Positions 52,981-64,000 of a stretch of DNA of 64,000 bases are shown here, one piece after another. The stretch is from assembly GCF_009914755.1 (NCBI RefSeq), contig NC_060930.1; one strand, given 5' to 3'. Made by a program: the position numbers and the translations under genes. The DNA is from the human T2T-CHM13v2.0 reference genome, Homo sapiens. Within the stretch, counting starts at the first letter, position 1. Each line of letters starts with the position of its first letter. Under the pieces are notes generated by a model. It made no database searches, was not told where the DNA came from, and worked only from the letters and a program-made list of their open reading frames with translations.

Positions 52981-53759
52981 CCGCCCCCGTCTATTTTCCT
53001 GAGGATCCCTTTTTTTAAGTTACAGTTTTTTAGGTTAAACAATGACGAAAGAAAACAAAATGAACCCGAGTATTTCTTTAATTCCAGAATTACAAGCATT
53101 TCCGGGAAATAATGTGAAACTACAATCTCTGCATGTACAATTTTGATTTTCATGGACACCCAAGTGTCATTAATCAATATTTCATCTGTAAACAAAGCAA
53201 ATTTCTCTTGTTTAGAGGCTATACCACTGTTGCAGCCAGTTATGACAGTTGTAAGTTAACCTGCCAAGCAAGGAGAATGCTTACATAAACTGAGTGCCAA
53301 GGGTGGGGTGGGGTGGGAGCCCAGGAATGGAGTTTTATATCTTTTGATACATAATTCAGAAAGCACTATTTGCCAAGTAGTTAAGGCAATCGATTAGGAA
53401 TTCCTAAATCCCCACACAGATTCTTTTCACCTACAAGGATCTTAATCTCGGAAAATGAGTTGCATTTTGAGGTGGGTGTGGAGTCTTCATAGCACTGATT
53501 GAACTCTGACCTGAGAAAAACATTTTTGCGGACCCTACTGGTAAATGTGTCTCTACTCTCTACCATCCTTTAATATCTCAAATAGAACTATTCGCTGTGC
53601 TTATTTTTTAAACATATGTGTGGACTGCTTTATGCTTCTCTCTCTCAGAAAGGATTCCTATTCAGATATTTATGTGTCACATACTGTATTAGGAACTAAG
53701 AAAAAAAAAAAACCTTAAGTAGTCTACAGTCTAGATATGCTTTTGTTGTTTTTGTTTTT

Positions 53760-54078
<319 letters not shown>

Positions 54079-54829
54079 TAAACAAGTAAATATGTAGAGT
54101 GCAATACAGTAATTCTGTGAAAGGATTGTACACTAAGTGCACTGGGAATAAGGAAAATAGTGCTTGTAATCCCATGACCACCCACTAATTCAGTAATTCA
54201 CCAGAAGTAATCACATGACTCAGCATACTCTCAGTTAAGATTTATTATATCTATTGACCATTTTTTGTTTGGGTTAAAGAACATGTTTTAAAAATAAAAA
54301 CAAAAAAGATTCATTACAGCACAGGATACAATGCAAGAAAAGCAGAAAAAATATGTATATACACAGGTAAATGTGGCTGTTACTATAGGACTGAATGAAG
54401 GAGGATGAACACAGAAATGAAGACAAAGACAAAAGGATTTGTTTAAAAGAAGGGGTCAAGGGGCTCCTAGCTTCTAGAGAACAAGGGCCCTGAGCTTCTA
54501 CAGCCCTTCGTATTTATTAGGTAGAGTGAACAAGGAGGAAGGGGTAACTGTCGGTCAGCTACTGGATTTATCACAGGCTGACGATTGCTTTCTTTGTTCA
54601 ACAGACTCTAGATATTCCTATAGATAACCTTAAGGAACACGGTGCCTGGGACGTGATTGCTCTCAGCATTCCTTCTAGTGGCAGATGCACTTGTCAGTTT
54701 GCCAGCATGCTGCTTTCATGAGAACAGTTTGCTGTTTGCTCATATAGCCTCCAGTGGTATATTGAGTTGGTCACGTCCCTCATTCCTTTGGCCTCCAACA
54801 TCTCCCCCTTTTTGTTTTTGCATTAATTG

Positions 54830-56824
54830 AATAAAGGCAATTCCAGACTGCAGCTTTCAATTGCCAGTTGGTGGTCCAGCCGATTTTACAGACCATAAAC
54901 AGAAAACAGAGACACAATAACATTATTCCTATAATTATAAAAGAGACATTGAGGTGCTGTTTAAAGTAGATCCAAGGGTTAAGCTTCTCTAAACCTTGCT
55001 GGAATTAGCTCCAAGCTTCTAAAGAGGGCTGATACTCTTAAGTTTGCCTATTCAGATCAAGAATTTTACTCTGTAAATCATTAATATCAAAAGTAACATT
55101 GGATGTAAAAGCCCCCTGCAAATGGGCCTTTACAAGTCTCCATGGATATTCACTTTGATTATATTACACAAATTAGTTACACAAATATAAGTATGGTTAA
55201 AATGACAATGCAATTGCTGCTGCAACTGCAAACATTGTATTTGTTCTCCTAGCCACAGGTCAGTAGTCTTTAACATTGCCACCTCTGTTTGTATTTTGGT
55301 GTTAATTTTATTTTGAAGCATCCGTGCCTGGTTGGCCATACGCGTCCAATTTTTCACATATTCAGCTGTTTGAATAGAGCTGTGCAGTGCTACTGAGGAC
55401 ACTACAATAGAGGTTATTAGTGTAACTAGGGAGACTGTACCAAAAATCACCATGCCTAAGGCTCTACAAGCACAGTGAGTGAGCTGAGTAAGAAGGAGTT
55501 GTACAAAATATAAAGCCGGGATAGCCACCCAAGGCTCAAACAAATTGACAGGAATCCATAATCTGGGAATGCGACCCGGAATTATTAAGGTGGATATGTT
55601 GTGTGTTTGTATCGTGCTATGATTTATGCAGTGATACAGTTGACAGGAGTCACAAGTCAAATGGGAGACGTTTACCTGGAGTTGGTCCTTTTTAGCCGCC
55701 AGAAAGATACAGGGATTAAAAACACAAATTGTAAATTGAGTGGTAATATTTCTTACAAAGGTAACATTAAAACTGTGTTGAGTCCTATTACTATTATTGG
55801 ATAGTGTCCTGACCCAGATGCTGCCATTCATAAATGGGAGTGCTAACTTCCATATCGACTGCTGAATTGGGCCCCTCTTTCCTTGATGACGCCGCTGAGG
55901 CAAAGGCGGACTAAAGCCTGTTCCGTGCCAAGCCAGTTGCGTGGCAGATTAGGATTGAATCCCAATGCGATATAGCGAAGAAATGTTAAATGTTCACCAC
56001 CAGTGGCAGCGAAGTTTGTTCCATGAGGTCTGATTCTCATCTCTCCCAAATGACCACAGGGACCCCAGTCAATAATGTCTCCCATTAACATAGACTTGTC
56101 TAGCTAAGGGGTCAAGACACTGGATCCAAGGAGGGGGGTGAGAATTATTGAAGGGAGCCCATTCTGTATAATCAATACAATTTGGACGATGGGGCTGGGA
56201 GAGATTAGTAAATCCACCAGTAATATTATTAGAGCTAAGGCCTAATAGGTACATAATGTTTCCATGGTGACTCAACCATGCCTGGGATTGGACTGCAAGG
56301 CAACTGCCATTGAGCGATGTATCCTTGGTGATGCATAAAGGGAGTCCCTCCAATGGGGCAGTGTAATTGATACTATTGTTCTGACAGTCTAATAGTTCTG
56401 TGTCAGGGGGAGTTAGGGGTCCTGGGGTCCATGCTCCCTGATCACGATATACCTCAGGAGGAGTGTCACTCCAGAGTACAGGTCGCACTACTCAGGGGTT
56501 AGGAACATATGCCCAACATGTTTTTGCTTCTACACAGGGGAAACATACCACACAGGACACTACAGCTAGTATGGCCAAGAACATTGATTCAGGGGTTTTT
56601 GCCTGACCCTGGCACTCCAGCATTTTCTCAGCTTCCTGCATGGTTTTCTTGATCTGTCCCCATGTTATGAGGGTGGATGTCAATGTGACTCCAGTCGGCC
56701 CTTGTTCCATCTTTGCATTCAGATTCAACTGGCCTATGGCTTGTACTGGGGGAACCGGGCCCATGGTTGCGATCCACGGATCCCTCCAGTCTCCCGTTCC
56801 ATGGTGCACGTACCTGGAGGGCAC
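54830..56824 (-). pseudogene. HML-6 env, disrupted
   Basis: Leader TWGQIKK...CWAYVPNP*; SU fragments; TM fusion peptide ALGMVIFG; furin site decayed to HCACR; several frameshifts. Confidence 0.85.
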
Positions 56825-56829
56825 CTACA

Positions 56830-59400
56830 CAGTTTGTCCATCTCCTGTAAAAACACAAGCATACCCTCATCCCCACATCAGCAAATCCACTGGGCCTTTC
56901 CTTTGTCCTTCTTCTGGGGATTTCCATAACACCTTTGGATAAACTTGCCTCTTTCCCTCTAACACTTGCCAATGTTGTTCTGCTAGAGTCTTACCATCCA
57001 TACCAGGCATCAAAAAATTTAAAGTAAACAAGACTAAATGTAATTTTGTTTAAGGTGGTAGCTGGTCTCCTATTCCCCCTTTTTTTCTCAACATACGCTG
57101 TAGTGTTTGATGTGCCCGCTCTATAATGCCTTGTCCTTGGGGATTGTAAGGAATTCCTGTTTTATGAATGATTGCCCATAACTGTAAAAAATTTTGAAAA
57201 GCATGACTAACATAAGCAGGTCCATTGTCAGTTTTTAATTGTTTAGAGACCCCCATATGGGCAAATGACGACAAACAATGCCATTGGACATGGCCAGCAG
57301 TTTCCCCTGTTTGACATGTGGCATGTAACATATTGGAGTAGGTGTCTATAGTCACATGAACATAGCTAAGTTTGCCAAAGGCTGCTGTATGTGCAACATC
57401 CATCTGCCAGATTTCATTTGGAGCCAAGCCTCGTGGGTCGCATCCTTCCACGGGTGCAACACCAGGGACATGCTGACAAGTGGAGCAGGCTTGCACAATA
57501 GCTTGAGCTTGACTGCAAGGCAGATGAAACATATGAGTAAGGGCAGAGGTGTTTTGATGCAGTAATGCATGGGAAGCTTGGGCTTGTTGGAATACAGAAC
57601 CAATTAATTTATCTGCTTTATCATTACCTTGAGATAGTGGTCCAGGAAGTTGCGTATGAGAGCAAATAGGAGCAGCACAAGAGAGAATAGCTTGCTGAAG
57701 TCTTAGAAACAAATTAAGCAGCTCTGGCTCTAGGGTGCCCTTAATAGTGGCAGTCTCAATGCAACTAGCTGCATTTACAACATAGGCTGAATCACAAACA
57801 ATATTAATAGGAGATAAAGCCGTGAGCTCTAAAACCTGAATAACTGCGATTAACTCTGAGCATTGAGCTGAAACTCCAGAGATCTTTATTGTTTGAGTAT
57901 GTTTAGTTGCATAAATAGCTGTGCGGCCTTTGTAAGAGCCATTGGTAAAATATGTCTTTCCACCTGGAATGGGCTTGTGATGGGTAATTACAGGGAGGAT
58001 AAAAGGGTGAACTTTATAAAATTGCAAAATCTTGTCTGATGGATAATGGTTATCTATTATTCCCACAAAATCTGCAAAAGCAATTTGCCATGCAGTCGAC
58101 ATTTCCCATGCTGCGGCCTGTTGTTGGGAATCCAAGGGAACAATAATTTTATCAGGATCATATCCTGTAAGCATTTTTTACCTGTGCCTACCTATTGTTA
58201 TAAGTTGAGTAATTAAAGAAAGATAAACTTGCAAAGATTTCACTGTCAGATTGAATAAAAAAAAAAAAAGCCTTTATATTACCATTACAGATTTGTCTAT
58301 GAATTGGCCTAAAAATCCTGATGGAGAATGGGGGGTAGGAAGAATAAACAAAAGCAAAGGCTTTTGTGGCTGTAGCCGGGAGGCATGTTGTTGCTGAAGG
58401 ATCTGTTCTACACGCTGTCACTCAGCTTCTGCCTCGTTAGTAAGTTGCCGAGGAGAATCTAATGAAGAATCTCTTTGGAGGGTTTGATAAAGGTGTGTGA
58501 GTTGGTAGATGGCAATACCTAGCATCAGGCACAGCCAATTGATATCCCCTAATAATTGTTGGAAGTCATTCAGAGTTTGTACCCTCTCCCTACAGAGAGT
58601 TACTTTCTGAGGCCGAACACTTCTTCCAGTAACAATAGTACCTAAGTACTGGTATGGGGAGGTTGTTTGCACCTTTTCAGGAGCTATTTTGAGATTCCAT
58701 GCAGTCAAGACTCATTTTATTTCCCTGAATAACTGATGTAACATTTGATCTGTAGGAGCGGCCAAAAGAATATCATCCATATAATGAATGATGTAGGCAT
58801 TGGGAAATATATTGCGAGGCTCCTTTAAAGCTTTTCCTACAAAATGCTGACATAACATAGGACTGTTGAGCATGCCTTGGGCTAAAACTTTCCACTGAGA
58901 GCGAGAGACAGGCTCTCTTTGATTAATAGAAGGCACAGAGAAGGCAAATTGAGGCTTATCCTTTTTGTGTAATGGTATATTAAAAAAAAAAATCTTTAAG
59001 ACCTATTACTACAAGAGTCCAATCTCTTGGAATGGCTGCTGAGGATGACAGACCTTGCTGTAATGCACCCACTGGTTTAATCTGTGCATTTAATAGCTCT
59101 CAAATCATGTAGCAGTTGCCATTTTCCTGACATTTTTGGATCACAAATACTGGTGAATTCCAGGGGCTGACTATTCTGTATGTTCTGCTTCCAGTTGCTC
59201 TCTCACTAGCTGATGGAGTTGCATCAGTTTCTCCTGTGATAGGGGCCATTGATCCACCCACACAGGTTTGTCAGTCAGCCACTCTAGCGGCAAAGCAGTG
59301 GGTGGAGGAGAAATACCAATGACCCCCACCAAAAATCCTGATGACCTAGCCCTTTTCTGTTTTGTCCAGTTATTGATATTGGATCAGGGTTTCCCTGCAG
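56830..59400 (-). pseudogene. HML-6 pol (RT, RNase H, integrase), disrupted
   Basis: LAQGMLNSP and YMDD (58936-58712); RNase H FTNGS/CDSAY; integrase HHCC, WQMD, KTDNGP and IIERAH (58174-57050). Confidence 0.9.
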
Positions 59401-60127
59401 GGGCTTTCCTAAGCCTTTTCCACTCTGAATCCCATTTTCTTTAACATTTTAAATCCTGGATTATCAATAGTTTCATTTTTAAGTCTCATGTCCCATGCTG
59501 TCAGTAAATCTCGGCCCCATAGATTAACAGCTATATTTGCAACATAAGGTTGAAAAGTACATGACTGTCCATGTGGTCTGAGACAGGATAAAATCTCAGC
59601 ACTCCATTGAACACTTTGAGCTTTCCTAGTCCCACTAAGGATGTAGAAGTTAATTGCAGGGGTCAAGATGGTGGGCCAATAGTGTTTGGATATTACTAAC
59701 ACATCAGCTCCCGTATCCATAAGCCCATAGAACTTCTTTCCTTTAATTTGCACTGTACAGGTGGGTCGATTAAATGCTATGGGTTGTGATAGATAAATTT
59801 ACCGCCTAGTTGTACTTCCAAATCCTTGATTCCCTCGTTTTTCCTTTCATGGGGAAGGGTGCAACTTGCAGGGAATAAGCAATAGTTGAGCAGTATATTC
59901 TCCCAGTTCAAAAACCCAAAGATCTTGTGACATTACTACTACTTGAATTTCTCCTTCATAATCACAGTGAACAACTCTGGGGACCATGGTAATGCCCTGT
60001 AAGTTAAGACGGCTTTTGCCCAAAATTAATCCCATATATCCTGTTGGCAAAGGTCCCCAAATACCAGTGGGAATCTTCGTGGGTTTGTCTCCTCCAACAA
60101 ATGTAACCCGTTCTCTGACTGGAAGAT

Positions 60128-62038
<1,911 letters not shown>

Positions 62039-62181
62039 GTTACCCTGATTCAGAAACTTCCCGCTCCCAGTACCTCCTCAGGGCACTGACTTTATATCCT
62101 CCTCTGGCTGACTCGTCCTGGGGTTCCTCGTTCATCTGATCAGTTTCACTTTCTCTGCTCCAGCAGACCTTCTTCATTCAA

Positions 62182-62199
62182 GTCTCTGTTTGGGTGCCA
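62182..62199 (-). other. Primer-binding site for tRNA-Lys3
   Basis: TGGCACCCAAACAGAGAC versus TGGCGCCCGAACAGGGAC (three G>A changes), 1 nt after the 5' LTR. Confidence 0.85.
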
Positions 62200-64000
62200 T
62201 TGTGGCTGTTACTGTAGGACTAAACGAAGGAGGACAAATGCAGAAATGAAGACAAAGACAAAAGAATTTGTTTAAAAGAAGGGGTCAGAGGGCTCCTTGC
62301 TTCTAGAGAACAAGGGCCCTGAGCTTCTACAGCCCTTCATATTTATTACGTGGAGTGAACAGGGAGGAAGGGGTAACTGTTGGTCAGCTACTTGATTTAT
62401 CACAGGCTCACATGATTGCTTTCTTTGTTCAACAGACTCCAGATGTTCCTATAGATAACCTTAAGGAACACGGTGCCTGGGACGTGGTTGCCCTCAGCAT
62501 TCCTTCTGGTGACAGATGCAGTTGTCAGTTTGCCAACATCCTGCTTTCATGAGAACAGTTTGCTGTTTGCTCATATACCCTCCAGTGGTATATTGAGTTG
62601 GTCACGTCCCTCATTCCTTTGGCCTCCAACAGGTGAAGGCTAAAGAAGGCTTTCTCATCCAACGTCTTCACTGAGGATAGGAAAGCCCTTTCTCTCCAAT
62701 TGTGAACTGCACGCATGTGTGTAAGCTATGCTTGCATAGCAAAGTCCACTTGGGCATTAGAGTCAAAGTTGTTAAGGGGAGCTAGTCATAGCTACCACGT
62801 GGCCAGGCATGTGGAACCAGACACCAGGCACACATCATGAATCATCATATTTACTTTAAATAATGCTGACAACCTAGTTCATAGTGACACACTACTTGAG
62901 ATATATAGAATAACATTATTACCCAGTAAGTATGTGAACATTCCGATATTTTAGTAAGGGTCATCACCATGGCACTTATCTACAGAGATAAATGAAAACT
63001 AAAACAGGGTTGCTGCATTAATTTTGCCCTGGCAATTGTCTGATTCTGAAATGGTGGCAGGTTTTGAGCCAAAACTTGAATGAGTAAGAACTTGCCATAT
63101 AGCCGAGAAGAGCACTCTAGCAAAAAGAAATAAATATAAGGAAGCATAATAGTTAAAGGTTTTTAAGGAACTACAAATAATTCAGTGTGATGAAGTATGG
63201 AGGTGAGGTCATGTGAGGGAGAGGGATTTGGAGAGAAAAGTGGCTGTGTTCCGATCACCTCCTGTGCACCTGTTGAAAGACAATAAATTCTCCTGCCCTA
63301 AATAGTAAGAAGGCTGGACACATGACCTCAACACTGAATAAATGAGACTGGCAGAAATTTATTAGTCATATGTACTCACAGCCTGGAAAAAAGAGGGCAC
63401 TGCATACCGTGCAAGGCCACAGAAGGTTTGCACTCAGGAACAGAAGGAACCATTAGGGGCTGTGAGAGGTAGGCTTTGTAGTCATCAGAGGGTTGGGTGA
63501 CTCCTGGTTCCCTCCAGAGAATGTAGTTAGCTTGCTTTAACAGTTTTAGGGACTGGCAGTGAGACGAAACCCATTAGGTTGAGGCCTGAGTGAGATGCAG
63601 CTGGTCTGTCAGATAAGGGAACTGGACAAGTAGGGAACCTTTCCTGCTTGTGGGAGTCATAGCTATCAAGACAGGGGAATTTGTGGATAAGCATTTTTGG
63701 GGAGCTCTGTGAGGGTCAAAAATCTCAAGGCAGCAGTTGAAATTTTAGGTCTTACAATACCTAAAATTGGTTTGGAGTTATGGCAGAACAAAAAGGGAAA
63801 GAACAGGTCATAAGGGCGTGAGTATACAAGGCAAACACTTGGATTTTATTTTTCAGTGGGCAATAGGAAACCACTGACCAATTGTGAGCAAAGAATATTA
63901 TTCCAGTTCTCTTCTGAGAAAAAAAAGTCTCTGTCCCATTCCAGGAGGTGCAGCAATCAATCAATCAATCAATAAGGGGGGAAATAAAGGAAAAAAGTCT

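Noticed and set aside
55130-55903. 257-aa env ORF as a possibly co-opted envelope protein
   Set aside because: No signal peptide in frame, furin site decayed to HCACR, and frameshift before the transmembrane anchor.
63290-63760. Probable old LTR fragment near the window end
   Set aside because: Looks repeat-derived but I cannot assign family or boundaries with confidence.

Overview
Human (or near-identical great-ape) genomic DNA from the major replication-dependent histone cluster (HIST1, 6p22.2), recognised from the protein sequences and gene order. Intact intronless genes, each with a 3' histone stem-loop, are H1-3 (-), H4C6 (+), the divergent variant H4C7/H4G (-), H3C7 (-), H2BC9 (+), H3C8 (-), H2BC10 (+) and H4C8 (-). 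There are also two H2A pseudogenes, one initiator tRNA-Met gene and two betaretroviral proviruses: an internally deleted HML-5/LTR22 element (+, about 23.7-26.9 kb) and a near full-length but defective HML-6/LTR3 element (-, 54.4-62.6 kb). About 40 Alus and older LTR, L2 and MER repeats fill the rest. This is a well-studied locus and I see no clearly new biological system. The best leads are: (1) the H2A pseudogene at 38.65-39.0 kb still has an uninterrupted 115-aa frame resembling short H2A variants, with no 3' processing signal before H3C8; (2) a complete splice and poly(A) route downstream of H4C8; (3) loss of the HINFP core in the H4G promoter; (4) a heavily decayed H2A relic at the window start. 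Paralog symbols rest on sequence plus recalled gene order. Repeat family names and boundaries are by-eye calls.
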